Below the pieces are notes generated by a model that ran no database searches, was not told the DNA's origin, and was given only the letters and a program-made list of their open reading frames with translations. Positions 24,536 to 37,517 of a stretch of 64,000 bases of DNA are shown one piece after another. The stretch spans positions 14,818,001-14,882,000 of the forward strand of contig NC_087436.1 of NCBI RefSeq assembly GCF_036321535.1, read 5' to 3'. Source of the DNA: Camelus dromedarius (Eukaryota). The translations under genes were made by a program, and so were the position numbers. Within the stretch, counting starts at the first letter, position 1. The number at the start of each line of letters is the position of its first letter.

Positions 24536-25260
24536 CTCTGTTCAGAGGCTTGGAGCTGGTGGTAGAAACGACTTTTGACCCCATGGAGTTCATGTTCATC
24601 TCAGCCTCATTCTCCTCAGTAGGAGGGGCTACTCACGTCCTAGGAAGCTGCTCTCATGGGAGATTTCCAAGCAGAGGTCTAGGGATTATCTGGCAGGGGA
24701 TGCAGAGGAGACCACACCCCTGCCCCGGGGGGACAGGGCAGGAGGCTGGACATGAGATGACCTCTAAAACCCCTTTCTTCTGCGAGATTCCTTCCACGCA
24801 GCAAATTCCTGGGCTTTGAAGTGAAACCACGGGAGCCGAGCTGATTGGAGGGAAGGTCATTCTGAATTAGTGGAAAGGTCTGAGTTATAAAGCGGTTCAT
24901 AAGGAATGATGCCTCATTGCATCCAAGGGCATTCAGCAATCAATTGGACACTTAACAAAGGACTGTCAATAGTCCATCGGAATTGCACTTTATATTTTTC
25001 AAAGTGCTCTCTGGTACATTATCTCCACTGATCCCCTGGGGAACCCTAGGAGCTGGACAACTCCATTTTACAGGTGAGATCAGAAGGCGCTCGCTCCGTC
25101 TGAGATGGTTCAGAATAACCGCCGTCAGCCTGCTGTTGGAGACAGAAAAATGACAGTTTTACATTTTGTATTGAGGGTGTATTATGGATTCTTAAGGATC
25201 TCATTTATATTGGTATGATGAATAAACATTCTGAATTCATGCTTGTTTTTAATCCTTCAG

Positions 25261-25331
25261 AATCTACAAGAAACATGGCCACATCCCCAGATGAGCACGT
25301 GGAGTCTGTCGAACTGCAGTGATAAAATATA
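25261..25331 (+). pseudogene. pseudo-exon, 71 nt (frame ambiguous)
   Basis: cttgtttttaatccttcag acceptor; gtaaga donor. Confidence 0.6.
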
Positions 25332-26189
25332 GTAAGAGTTCATTACAAGTTGGAAAACTGGGCTTCACCTGTTCCCTCACATCGGGGTGAAAATGGTGTT
25401 TCCACTGCCTGACCTCGGGCGGGGAGGTGAATGTTGTCCTCATCAGGGCAGAAAGTTCGAAGGGTCAGAAATGCACGTTGAATTAGAAAGAATCTTGAGT
25501 GTCCAAAATTCTTCATTCGGTAAATGAGTACTTTAGAGCAATTCGAGAGAGTGTCTCTGACATGGGAGGTGTCACTGCCTTTGGTGGTTTTCCTTCATCC
25601 CTGTCCTAGAAAGTGTGACTTGGGGCGGGGTGGGGGGTTGGACACACAAGCAGCAGATAGCCAGCCAGCCCTGATGATTTGGGGGATAAATCTGCTTTTT
25701 CTTCCCTCGACTTGGGGGCTCTCATCAACATCTTCCTGCCAAATGAGGGTTTGGCACAGCTAAGAGTGCCTTGGCAAACCTTTTAAATTTCCCCAGAGCA
25801 ACTTCCTGGTTCTTAATTAGGCCTTTTATTCCTAGATGTCTATATTTAACTGTGCTCTGTTAGCGCTGACCCCTTTTGGATACTGCCAAGGGCTTGAGGG
25901 AGGTGGTGGTTGAGTCTAGACAGGGCAATTATTCAGATAACTAAGTTCCCCAAACTTAATCCTTAAAGTAAGACACCGTGAGGGTATGTTCTGGTAGTGA
26001 GAGATTCCTGATCGAACTTATGAGTTAACTGCCCAGCGCCCTTCCTTCACTTTGCCCAACAGAGGCAGAGAGCAAACCCTTCATCAGCGGAGAGAGACAG
26101 GCCAGTAACTGTCAGGGTCTCACCCATGAACTTGGCGGGATGGAGGACAGAGCGGAAACAACCAAGTGAAAAAGGGGCGGAGAGGAAGG

Positions 26190-26790
26190 CTCTCAGCTGT
26201 GCACAGGGAAACTGCAAGAATGTTCACTCCACTCTTGTATGTAAAAGAGAAAAATCGAACATAGCCTGAGCATCGATTGCAGGAGAAACGGGTCTATAAA
26301 CTGGAGTCTTTCATTCAAGGGAATACGACTCAGCGGGGAGAAAATGAATGCCCGAGAGTGATGCACGTGGATGTGGGGAAATCTCAGAAATGTACTGCGG
26401 AGTGTGAAAAGCAAGTTGCATAAGGGTACCTACTGTAATGAAAACATTTGTAAAAATTTAAAGCATCAGTGATAATTATACTGTATATTATTTACGAATA
26501 GCATATATGTAGTACCAGAATTTTAAAAATCCACAATCAATAAAATGTTTAAAAGCCCAAGTCCATTGTTTTATTCTAAAAGAAAGAAAGGAAACACATG
26601 GTAACGCCACACATTTAAGCTCAGGAGAGTGGTCACCTCTAGGGAGGGGACAAGGGAGTGAGACTGAGCAGGGCTCACAGTCTGCAGTGGAGTTAGTCCT
26701 GTTCCTTTTTTTCAGCTGGGTGGTGAATTCGTGGGGAGTTCCCATGGTATTATTAGCTCTACTCTTTAATGAGCCTGAAACCATTCATTA
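26190..26790 (+). mobile_element. Old LINE-1 (L1ME-like) 3'UTR
   Basis: Degenerate L1 3'UTR motifs. Confidence 0.55.
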
Positions 26791-27039
26791 AAAATGCAGG
26801 GGGTCTCAAAGGAGCGCTGGGGCTACTGTTTGTTGGGGATGGGGTGGGGTGACAAGCAACCTCTTAGGAGAGGAGAACCTATGGTTTCTCTCCTCCCTGA
26901 GCTGTGATCAAGTCCCCTTTCAGGAAAACAAGAGTGTTTGTGGGGAGCTATGGATGGAAGTGCAGAGAACAGGATTTTAGAACCAGTTCTGCCTCTCTCA
27001 GGAGCTGAGAGATGGGCAGTGAGCCTTTCCCTTTCCCAG

Positions 27040-27175
27040 GTCTTTCCTCTGGAATCGATCTTGCCAAATTCTAGCTGCCTTTGGTTGTTGGAAACTGTCC
27101 CAGGAGGGCCTGAAAGGCAGCCTTGCCAGGGAATTGGCCCCACTGGTGTTGGCTGCTTGAGATAAAGTGTAGTGG
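27040..27175 (+). pseudogene. pseudo-exon (2->0): SFLWNRSCQILAAFGCWKLSQEGLKGSLARELAPLVLAA*DKV*W
   Basis: cctttccctttcccag acceptor; tgg|gtgagg donor. Confidence 0.7.
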
Positions 27176-27394
27176 GTGAGGAGGGGAGTGGGCTTATAAG
27201 TACTGGACAGAGTTGAGTTAAAACTTTGCTTATATAATTCTTTGTGCCTTGCCAATGACATGGGGAAAGGTTACATGGATCAAGAGAGTTTCTTCTGTTT
27301 GCTTTATTTTGTTTTTAACTATTATTTTGGAGAATTTTGAACATGTATAATATTTAGATACTATTATCCTTATTTTTTTGTTAGATATCTTTAA

Positions 27395-28312
27395 AAATTT
27401 TATTTTTTGTTGAAATGTAGATGATTTACAATGTTAGTTTCAGGTATAAAGCAAAGCAATTCAGTTATACATACACATACATACATATATTTTCAGATAC
27501 TTTTCAATTGTAGATTATTACAAGAAATTGAATATAGTTCGCTGTGCTATACAGTAGGTCCTTGTTGTTTATCTATTTTATATATAGTAGTGTGTGTCTG
27601 TTAATCTCTAACTCCTAATTTATCCCTCCCTGCCTTTCCCTTTTGGTGACCATAGTTTGTTTTCTATGTCCGTGAGTCTATTTCTGGTTTGTAAATAAAA
27701 TTTGTATCCTTTTTTAGAGTTCAAATGTAAGTAATATCATATGATATTTGTTTTTCTCTGTCTGACTTACTTCACTTAATATGATCATCCCTAGGTCCAT
27801 CCATGTTGCTGCAAATGGTATTATTTCGCTCTTTTTATGGCTGAGTAGTATTCCATTGTGTATATATACCACATCTTCTTTAACCAATTCATCTGTCAGT
27901 GGATATTTAGATTGTTTCTAAATCTTGGCTATTGTAAATACTGCTGCTATGGAACATTGGAGTGCATGTGTCTTTTTGAATTGGAGTTTTCTCCAGATAT
28001 GTGGCCAGGAGTAGGATTGCTGGATCATATGGTAAGTCTATTTTTAGTTTTTTGAGGAATCTCCATACTGTTCTCCATAATGGCTGCACCAGTTTACATT
28101 CCCACCAACAGCGTAGAAGGGTTCCCTTTTCTCCATACCCTCTCTAGCATTTATTATTTGTAGACTTTTTGATGATGGCCATTCTGACTAGTATGAGATG
28201 ATAACTCATTATAGTTTTGATTTGCATTTCTCTAATAATTAGTGATACTGAGCATCTTTTCATGTGCCCGTTGGCCATCTGGATGTGTTCTTTAGAGAAA
28301 TGTCTATTTAGA
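27395..28312 (-). mobile_element. LINE-1 3' end (ORF2 C-terminus + 3'UTR)
   Basis: Minus-strand ORFs [33 protein letters not shown] and [24 protein letters not shown]...DTCTPMF. Confidence 0.95.
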
Positions 28313-29020
28313 CTAATACCCTTGTTTTTAAAAGTACCCATCATCCTGCACCCAAAACCATAAACTCATGGTCAGTCTTGCCCCATCCATCTCTGATCCA
28401 CTCATCAGCATTTCTTGTACTATTTTGAGACAAATCTCAGACAAAGACCAGAGTCATCTGTCCAGAGAAACAGAACCAATAGAATAATCTCTATCTAATA
28501 TCTCTCTATATCTATAACTTTCCAATTATCTCATAAATGCCATAATTTTCATTTTTACAATTTGTTTATTTTAGTTAGGGTCAAACTAAGGTCTACATGT
28601 TTTGATTGGTTAAATATGTGTTTTACATCTCTTAATCTACAGGTTCCCCTAATAGTTCTCTCTCTTCCTTGCAGTGAAATTTTATAAAGTATCAATTTGT
28701 CCTGTAGAAGCTCTCACAGTCTGGACTTTGCTGGTAGCATTCTCTTAGTGTCATCCATTCTGTTCTTCTATCCTCTATGTTTTTTTGTAAGCTGATAGCT
28801 AAATTTAGAGCCTTAAACAGACATTTAAAGAGACATGTATTTGCATAATTTTAAGAGCTCACTGAAGAAGTCTTTATTACACATTCTGCAAACAAACAAA
28901 CAAACAAAAGCAAACAATTCTCTTCTATTAGCTTGCTGAGACCTAAAATTGCACTTCTAATAATATTTTGGTTTTAAAACTCAAAATACAAATACCCTTA
29001 GAAAAGGGAAAACTTATTAG

Positions 29021-29100
29021 GTCTTTATTCTTGAGGATGAATGCTTTTATGAGGTCCTTATCTGAGCCGGTTTCTGAAAGTGAAGGAGAGAAGGATGTTG
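29021..29100 (+). pseudogene. pseudo-exon (0->2): VFILEDECFYEVLI*AGF*K*RREGC
   Basis: Weak cttattag acceptor; ttg|gtgaga donor; phases fit both neighbours. Confidence 0.6.
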
Positions 29101-29199
29101 GTGAGAACACATGGGCAGTGGTGTGCATTTCATATCCAAGTGACAGTGGGACCACTATCGGGACAGAACAAGTTACAATAGGGCTCATCCTTAAAGCCC

Positions 29200-29420
29200 C
29201 CTCAGCTATTAAGCAGTTACAGTGCTATAGACCCCTGTATTCAGTGCTTGCAAGCAATTATTTTGTTTCAATCTTATAACAGCCCTGGGAAGTGAGTAGA
29301 ATTTATAGCCATTTTAAAGATAAGAACACTGAGGCTCAGCCAAGCTTAAGTAACTGGTTGAAGGTCATGCAGCAGGATTCCTCCCTACATTCTTGGCCCC
29401 AGTGCTCTTTCCACTAACTC
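29200..29420 (-). mobile_element. MIR SINE
   Basis: ccattttaaagataagaacactgaggctcag core. Confidence 0.65.
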
Positions 29421-30022
29421 GTAGCTGCCACCCTGGCCCCTACACTTCATTCCCTCCAGCTTTGGGCTGGCTTGAGAGGGGGTGATGAGACATGACCCCC
29501 TCACACGAGTGCTTTCCAGCCTCTGGTGTAGCCTGTTCCGGGACACATTCTGGGGCTCCTGCCCAGAGCTGGGCCATCTCAGATGGCGGTCAAGGATCTG
29601 CCCAGTGGCCTCTGAGTAACAAGCCTATTTTGTTTTGTTTCTTTTTTCCCACCACATCCTTTTCTGTGAAAGAAAATAGGAACACTATCTCTGGAAAATC
29701 AGCCTGCTGATTAGACAGAAAAGATGCTATGACTTCTGTGGTGCTCCCGTGAGTCAGCAGGATTTTCAAAAAGAAATTTTAATTTGTTTATGGCACAAAG
29801 GAAATTCTAACAGAATTTTTTTTAAAGAGACAGTCACCCAGAATTCCATCACCCCCATGAAATCAATTGTCTCCCTTTATTGGTGTTCCTGGTCAGTCCC
29901 TGACTGGAGGCATGAGCAGGTTTTCCAGTTCTGTTGGGTTCCTCTCTAAGCCCACAGAACAGTCAGAGGAGTGAGGAGAGACATCTGCTCTCATCCGCCC
30001 CTGATTCCTGGCCATTTTGAAG

Positions 30023-30148
30023 TTGCTCAATTTGAAGCATTAACCTGCAAGGGGCCAAGGAGAGGGACCATCAGAGTCTTACTAACTTACAGCTTCCTCG
30101 TTTTCTTCTGCTGGCCTCTTGGAGAACACAGCCATGAACCTTCATAGG
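30023..30148 (+). pseudogene. pseudo-exon (2->2): CSI*SINLQGAKERDHQSLTNLQLPRFLLLASWRTQP*TFI
   Basis: attttgaag acceptor; agg|gtagct donor; phases fit both neighbours. Confidence 0.5.
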
Positions 30149-31575
30149 GTAGCTCTTTCTTTTAAAAACCAGAAGAGGTGGATCAAAACTAGCAAAGGTA
30201 ATTGAGAAAGAAGAAGGAGAGAGAAACCAGCTACACCGCGCAAGCAGTTCTGATGTTCCTTAGCACCCACATCAGACAGAGCTGCAGCTCCTATTTCTGG
30301 GCAACTAAGACGTCATTATTTAGAAAGATGTATTTTGTATGCAATTTCAACATTCTAAGACAAAAGGAAGCATGTGGCACCAGTTGAACGTTGGCCCATT
30401 GTCAGCTGTTTATTCATATTATATCTGTTCCATGCAAGCCTGAGGTAGACCACTGTTAACCTTAATCAATTTCCTGCATATTTCAAGAGTTAAGTTATGC
30501 CAGGCACAATCTCTGGCTTCAGCCAGCTGAGAGGAAGGTGCAGGGCACTTACTCTCAGGACCTACATACAGTAAAACCTTTGAGGCATCCTTAAGGAGAA
30601 ATGCAGCAAGGAAAAAAAAAGTAAAGTTTTTGAAAGAAGTCATTTGTCTTTAGCCGAATTTATCTGGGTCTGATATGTGTTGCTGCAGACATAAAACTGT
30701 CTGGAGTCTGGCTTCAGGGTTTAGAATTATAAAATATTCATGGTGTATAATTTTGCATAATTTGTTTAGCTACCAAGACATAATTTAGTTATTTGGCGCA
30801 TGAATCCTTGGGAAGGCCTAAAGAAGAAAAAAACGGGCTTTAAGAGGCTGACTCCAGCTTTGATGCTAATATAGATAAGATGAACGTGCCCTGTAGTGCG
30901 CTGGGTGCTCAGCACACGTCAACACACACACACACCATTCGCGTGTAATTGATTTTTTCCCCACTGATCCTTAGCTCTGTTTTATCAGCCATTTTACATA
31001 CAAAGTTACCTAGTGTCACTCTGTGTGATTGCCAATAAACCCAAAGGAAAGAGCTACAGAACTAGTCTTTGATTTCAGTAAGAGGTGTTTAGATGATAAA
31101 ATTCCTTGAGTAGAAGGCTGATAAGAAAACAAGCATGATAATTTATTCAAAGAATTAATAACTGATCTCTGTGTCCGGTGCTGGGCTGAGCACAGACAGG
31201 TGTATTCGTCAGACGTGGTCCTTATCTCCGAGGGAGCTTTCAGTCTAGTTAAGACAAGACACATAAACAGGAACAACCGGATGAACCACCAGCTCACAGG
31301 CATTGTTTAAGCAAGTACAAACTAGCGTGGCAGAGCCCTCACACCGAGATGCAGAGGAAATGCAAGAGGAGAAGACAATGGATGTCTGTGCCCTCGTGGC
31401 CCCACCTAGGTCGTGGTCCTGTCCCCTGTCCCCAGTTCCCTGTGTCGTGGCATCCCCCAACTCCGCGTCTGCCGTCTGGCTCCTTCCAACCCGTTCTCCA
31501 TATTGATATAGCAGAGGATTGCTCTAAATGCAAATCTGACTGTGGTGTTTCCCTTAAACTTAAGAAAAAGTCCAA

Positions 31576-31720
31576 GGGGGAGTGTCTAGCTCAGTCTAGA
31601 GTGTGTGCTTAGCATATCTGAGGTCCTGGGTTCAATCCCTAGTACCTCCATCAAAATAAATAAACCTCATTACCCACCCTAAAAAAGAACTGCTTTAAAA
31701 AAAAAAAAGAAAGAAAGAAA
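31576..31720 (+). mobile_element. tRNA-derived SINE (camelid vic-1-like) inside L2
   Basis: TSD aagaaaaagtcca. Confidence 0.9.
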
Positions 31721-32019
31721 AAGAAAAAGTCCAGACCCTTTAGTTTGGTGTACAAAGTCCAGCCCCCACGCCCCAGGTTTCCTATAGAACCCGCCTTGCT
31801 TCCCTACCTCACAGCGTGTCTTCTCCTCACTCCTCACCTCCTTGCCAGCTCACCTCCAATTCCTCTTCAGTGTCAGCTTAGGCTCCCCTCCTTCTAGGAG
31901 TCTCCTGTAACTCCCTGAGAAGGGGCCAGTGCTCCCTGCTGTCCTTCATCACGCTGGAACCTTCCCTGGCCTACACTCACTACCCAGCGAGCTCAGAGTC
32001 AATAATTGGCAATCAATGA

Positions 32020-32410
32020 TGTGAGTAGGGCTCTGAAGTCAGACTTCTGGGTTTGAAACCAAGACCCATCATTTGCTTGTTTTGTAATCTTTTTTTTTTA
32101 ATTAAAGTACAGTTGACTTACAATATTATATTAGTTTCAAGTGTGCAACATAGTGATTCAATACTTTTATAGCTTATACTCCATTTGAAGTTATTATAAA
32201 ATACTAGCCATAGTCCCTGTGGCGAGCTTTGTAATCTTATGGTAAATTGCTTACCTTCCCTTTATCACTGTTTTTTCATCTCTAAAATGGGGATAATGAT
32301 GATACATATAACTCAGGGCTACTGTGAGGAACAAAGAGGTTGTACGTGTAAAAGTACCTAGACTGGGGCCTGGCACGTACTCTGTCCTCAGTAAACGTTG
32401 GCTGCTCTAG
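32020..32410 (+). mobile_element. MIR interrupted by a short antisense L1 3' end (~32090-32227)
   Basis: MIR motifs on both sides; TSD tttgtaatctt. Confidence 0.75.
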
Positions 32411-32834
32411 ATAATGCTTGCTTGTTAAGGGAATTGCGGGGATTTATGGCAGGTGTACATACATGCCCATACATGCACACATGTGTACATGCATTATCTA
32501 TAACACAGACTACTGTGTGATGTAACAATTACTACCGCTGTGACAATCACTGGTTAGTATCCCTCTTGGCACTGTAAACCCCTGCTCCCCACTGAGCAAG
32601 CTATGGCAGCCAATCCCAAGGGCTGACAATCAACACTTGGGCTTACTTACAACCGCCCCCAACCTGCTGTGGGGGAGACTCTATTCTCAAAGGAAGGGCA
32701 GGGTCCGGGAGTGTTTGTGGTTGTGACTCCAGTCCTGAGCACAGACCCTGGTGTGTGGACCGTGTTAAATACTTATTTTGTGAATGCATGGATGAACTGA
32801 GTTGTGTAAGGTTTCTTACAGGAACAAAATTTTT

Positions 32835-32999
32835 TTTAATTGAAGTATAGCTGGTTTACAATGTTGTGTCAATTTCTGGTGTACAGCATAATTTTTCAGT
32901 CATACATATACATACATACATTCCTTTTCATACTCTTTTTCATTGTAGGTTACTACAAGATATTGAATATAGTTCCCTGTGCTACACAGTAGGACTTTG
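32835..32999 (-). mobile_element. 5'-truncated LINE-1 inserted in a pseudo-exon
   Basis: taattgaagtatag...ccctgtgctacacagtagg; 16-bp TSD caggaaca(a/g)aattttt at 32819-32834 and 33000-33015. Confidence 0.9.
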
Positions 33000-33002
33000 C
33001 AG

Positions 33003-33054
33003 GAACAGAATTTTTGAAAGAGCAGAAAAAAATGTAGGATTGGGTTTGTCAGAG
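33003..33054 (+). pseudogene. pseudo-exon (2->0): NRIFERAEKNVGLGLSE, disrupted at its 5' end by an L1 insertion
   Basis: Original acceptor tttcttacag at 32821; exon start duplicated as a TSD at 33000; gag|gtaagt donor. Confidence 0.75.
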
Positions 33055-33794
33055 GTAAGTGGGGAATCTGGTCCTGCCTGAGGGAACAGCATGAAGGGGT
33101 GGAGGAACAGAGTATGAGTGGGATCAGGCAATGGTACCTGCATTTTTTGTGCTGTAGGAATCATTTTCTGTGCACAATTATGACTTAAACCCACACATAC
33201 GGAGTGCCTGACTGGAGAATATAGCTGGCTTATTACAGCATTAAAAGCAGGGCAGTAAAAATAGAGATTAGAAAATGCACAACGGAAGAACAGTAAAAAC
33301 CAGAAGTCTACATGTAAGCAAAATAGCTTTGATTGCAGAATGACTACCATAAATTTGTAATTTCATATGAATTTTAAAGCTAACCTTTTACAGATTTTAA
33401 CAGTAATACATATTCATGGTGGAGAATTTGAGATGTGCAGAAAGGCAGACAAAAAATAAAAATTACCCATAATCCCACCCCTAAAATAACCACATTGATG
33501 TAGTTATGCCTCTAGTTGGTTTTTTTTTTTTTTTGGCCTGTGCACATGTCCATCATTGAATATAAAATTTTGCATCTTTATCCCTTTGTTGTCAGGAATA
33601 GCCTGGTCCAAATCTGTCATTCTGTGTTTAGTTTTGTTGCCTAGGCACCTGGAATTGCAGGCAGGTTATTATAACAGGGGTCTTGGAGCCATTAGGGGAA
33701 AGTCTGCTCCCTGCTGGGCCTTTAGTGGCTGGGGACAAGCATCTCTTTGCTGGGAGAGGCCACTGGTCACTGTCAGATGCAGAACTATTTCTAG

Positions 33795-33993
33795 GCAGCC
33801 CTTGGCTGGCTTCTGGTCGTGTATCCTGAGATGACACCACTTCGACAGCCAGGGCCCGCTGGGACGCAGCTTGCTTTGGCTCCCTCTCTCAGCTTTGGCC
33901 TTCTGGCCACTGGGCTTAACTATTGGACTTTTGATGGTCTTGGTGGCTTCGTGGAACCTCCTCTAGAGTGTGATGACCCAGGGCCTGGACTTG
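33795..33993 (+). pseudogene. pseudo-exon (0->1): AALGWLLVVYPEMTPLRQPGPAGTQLALAPSLSFGLLATGLNYWTFDGLGGFVEPPLECDDPGPGL (internal compensating frameshifts possible)
   Basis: ctatttctag acceptor; weak gtggat donor; phases fit both neighbours. Confidence 0.55.
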
Positions 33994-34003
33994 GTGGATG
34001 GAC

Positions 34004-34006
<3 letters not shown>

Positions 34007-34038
<32 letters not shown>
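34007..34038. repeat. (TG)n microsatellite
   Basis: Seen directly. Confidence 0.95.
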
Positions 34039-34041
<3 letters not shown>

Positions 34042-35161
34042 TACAAGCGGGCATGTGAACCCAGGGTTAGTGCTTGACTGTCCCTGGCCTGTAGTGGAGG
34101 GGTAGGTTGAAGGCACCTGCCCCCACCCACTTCCCTGCACAGGCTCCACTCCTGGCCCCACCAGAGATTAGATAGAAATGAGACCAGAATTCTATGCCTA
34201 GGACCAGGGTTCACAAGTGTGGACTGACTTTAGAAACAAGGGGACATTCCAGATGTCACAATGGAGCTGTGATGTCACACCTGGCTTAGTGGCTCTGCTT
34301 CTTCACTCCAAGTCCCAGAGTGGTAGGTTCCAGCTGCTGAATTCCCACTGGGCTGAGGTCACAGTTTGTCCCGAGCCTGCACCAAGACTGAGTTTGCGGT
34401 GGGTACCTTGGTGAGAATCAAGGGACTGCAGGACCGAAGGGGCGGGGGGTCATTCCCAGCAAGAAGAGGTTTTAGAAATTATCATCCATCTCCCCACACA
34501 ATGTGAGGATCCCTTCTGTAAATCTCCCAGCAGAAGATCACGAAGCAACTCCTTGGACATGTCCAGCGACAAGGGACTCATTCACGCACTCATCATTCAG
34601 AATGATAGGCAGTTCTCCCACATTAAGCTGAAATAAGTTTTGGGGACCATCTATCCAGATACCCTCATTCTGCCAGGGAAGTAGCCCACGGAGAACCCAG
34701 ACTGGCCCTATTGACATCTGGGCAGCCCTCTTCTTCCTTCCAAACCAGGAGTGAACATTCTGCCCACCTCTGAGTGCCAGCCTGGCATAGAAGCAAGGCT
34801 GGGATGGATCCAAGGACAATGTAGCTGCTACCAACTCTGGTCACAGTGGATGTGGGGGTTTGTGTTATGGCAATAGAGGCAGGTGTGGGATAAAGCCCAG
34901 AGCCAGCAGCCCAGCAGGACCAGAGAGACAGAACACAGTCACCCCTCTGGGTGGCTTTAGCCTGACTGGATTAGGCTCTTGCTGAAATCAGAGGTGACTC
35001 CCTCCTCTGCATCAGGCAAAATGTTGGTTCTTTTTGTCATAAAGCACTATTAAGAAATTTCAGGACTCCAGGAGACTTCCATAAAACAGAACTTCTGCTC
35101 CTTTATTCTCTAGGCACAACAAAATGATAAAATTATTTAGATATTACCTTATTTGTTTCAG

Positions 35162-35352
35162 CTCTCTACTTTGAGTTAATTTTTTTTTCATAAGTCTCAG
35201 CAAGTTTTAACCCTTCCCTTTCTTTTTGGGAGGTTGGCATATAGGTTCCGGTCGCAGTGGGCCATTGGCTTCAAGGTATCTGACCCCTTTTATCATATTT
35301 GGGGCAGCAATAATTGGTGGGTGTGGTATTTGATCACAACCCATTACTTCGA
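35162..35352 (+). pseudogene. pseudo-exon with +1 frameshift in a poly-T run: LYFELIFF/HKSQQVLTLPFLFGRLAYRFRSQWAIGFKVSDPFYHIWG...
   Basis: ttatttgtttcag acceptor; gtaagg donor; removing one T from the run at 35180-35188 opens the frame and gives the phase the next exon needs. Confidence 0.65.
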
Positions 35353-35611
35353 GTAAGGGTTTCCCAGGCAGGTCACTTCCTGTTCTTTTGTAATGACTTT
35401 AAACAGCAAGCAATTTTCCAACTGTGATTTCTCCCATCAAATTTGTAAGCATCATACATACCATTTATTGCAGTAAAATATAATTTAGTCCCCAGAGATA
35501 GTGCATACACATTTTGGTGTGACTCTAGAATAGTAGTTAAAAGTTTCAATGGGTTACTTTGATCATCTTCCATCTTTTCCCAAGAAAGAATTAAAGTGTA
35601 TCTTTCCCAAG

Positions 35612-35767
35612 GGAGTTTCAGGACCACATTGAATAACTGACCAAAGACCTCTCAGAACTCTATCATAATCTGCCTGCAGATGAGATCAAGTTGGAAACCA
35701 TCCCATCCTACATAAGAAAAGCAGTTTCCAGCTTAGAGCAAAGAGGGACAATTCTATTGAAGGTCAG
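35612..35767 (+). pseudogene. pseudo-exon (2->2): EFQDHIE*LTKDLSELYHNLPADEIKLETIPSYIRKAVSSLEQRGTILLKV
   Basis: tctttcccaag acceptor; cag|gtaagt donor; single TAA at 35634-35636; strongly protein-like. Confidence 0.85.
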
Positions 35768-36062
35768 GTAAGTTGATTTTAGTGAGGGTGGTGATGAAGA
35801 AGTCTCCGGGCTTTTGAGCAGAAGTGCAAAATCCCTAACTTGGTTGTTAAGGAAGATCTACTTGAAGAAATATCAGATGACTGGAGGCAGAGAGACCATT
35901 TATGAGGTGTATTAGATAGGCCACAGGTTAGCTGTTGTAACAGAGAAACCCCCAAAGACAGTGACTTAATAAATGACACTGATGTCATATTCTGTATCTT
36001 GTTTGGTGTGATGGTTTCATGGGGGTGTACACTGTCAAAACTCAGTGAACGGATCCCTTCAC

Positions 36063-36590
36063 TGTGGTATATTTATGCAATGGAATACTACTCAGCCATA
36101 AAAAGGGTGAAATAATGCCATTTGCAGCAATACGGATGGACCTGGAAAATATCATTCTAAGTGAAGTAAGCCAGAAAGAGAAAGAAAAATACCATATGAT
36201 ATCACTCATATGTGGAATCTTAAAAAAAAATGGGAAGAAAAAAGAAACAGTAATGGACTTATCTACAAAACAGAAACAGACTCACAGACATAGTAAACTG
36301 ACTTATGATTCCAGGTGGAAAGGAAGTGGGAAGGGATAAATTGGGAGTTCAAGATGTACAAATACTAACTACTATATGTAAATTAGATAAACAACAAGGT
36401 TTCTGACCATTCTGCATAGCACAGGGAACTATATTCAGTATCTTGCAGTAACCTATAATGAAATAAAATATGAAAACAACTACATGTATGTATTGTATGA
36501 CTGAAATATGCTGTACACCAGAAATTGGCACATTGTAACTGACTATACTTCAATAAATAAATAAGAAAAGAAAAGAAAACAAACAAACAA
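36063..36590 (+). mobile_element. LINE-1 3' end, within an older MLT1-like LTR (~35905-36900)
   Basis: caatggaatactactcagccataaaaa...aaattggcacattgtaactgactatacttcaat + A-rich tail. Confidence 0.9.
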
Positions 36591-37517
36591 ATAGACATTC
36601 ATTTCTCTCTCACCTAATAGTCCAAAGGTGGACAATTCAGTTGCAGTTCTGTTTTGTGGTCAGTTGGCTCCACTATCCTGAATCCGTAACTCCATCTCTG
36701 CTGTCTAGGAAAGGGGACGATGGTGAAGGAAATGCAAGGAAATTGGCTTGTCTTCAAGCTGAGGTTAACTTGGATTTGGACGCATTGCTTCTACTCATAT
36801 GCCATGTGCCTAGAGTAGATCACAAGATGAAATAAAAGATCGAGAAATATAGATCTGAGCTGAAAAGCCATGTGACCAGCTGAAATTCCAGAGGATGAGG
36901 GGGTCTATCTCAGTGCAGACAGAAGATATGGGAGAATGATGCTGGAAAGACCTGGGAGATCTACCCCCCAAGAATGGTCATGGTAACCCATGATCCATGC
37001 CAACCTTGACACAGAAGGGCAGTCACTGGAGTCATTCAGGGACAGAACCGACCCAATTGTGTCCCTGTTTGGATGCAGGGACAGAGCTAAGGAGAATTAC
37101 AATTGGTTATTGGTTACAGTTGGTTGGAGATGATGGGTCAGGAAACAGTGGAGCCGTGATGGAAATGGGGAAACCAGGAGGACAGCTGGTGTGCTGGGGC
37201 GGGGCGGACAGAAGAGATGGCCAAGGGATACTTAGCGTCTCTATCCTTAGAGATGTTTAATAATAGAGGAGGCAGCTGTCACTGTTGTCTAGGGTGCGGC
37301 CCTGCCTGAAACCAGGGAGCTAAACGCAACAGTTTTTTCTGACACAGAAGGTTGAGTATTTTGAAGGTAAAACAGAGCAGGAGCTGGTGGCCGAGCATGG
37401 TTGAAATCTCTCTCGCCATCAGAGCGCCCAGCATGATGTCTGCACCTCAGCTTTCTCCACTGACCATTGGAAATCTGCAGAGTGTCCACCACGGGCTTAT
37501 CGCCACCTCCTCTTTAG

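Noticed and set aside
27907..28344. ORFs with recognisable protein sequence on the minus strand
   Set aside because: They are LINE-1 ORF2 C-terminal remnants, not a host gene.
1304..31720. tRNA-like A/B-box sequences as tRNA genes
   Set aside because: All have the SINE-specific 3' body, A-rich tails and TSDs, so they are SINEs.
33796..33993. Transmembrane segment (LLWLPLSALAFWPLGLTIGLLMVLVASW) in an alternative frame
   Set aside because: That frame has two stops and does not give the phase the next exon needs. The phase-0 frame is open and chains correctly. It cannot be fully excluded.
35373..35627. Minus-strand 84-aa ORF that looks globular
   Set aside because: It lies antisense within an intron of the + strand fossil gene, with no supporting splice or homology signal.
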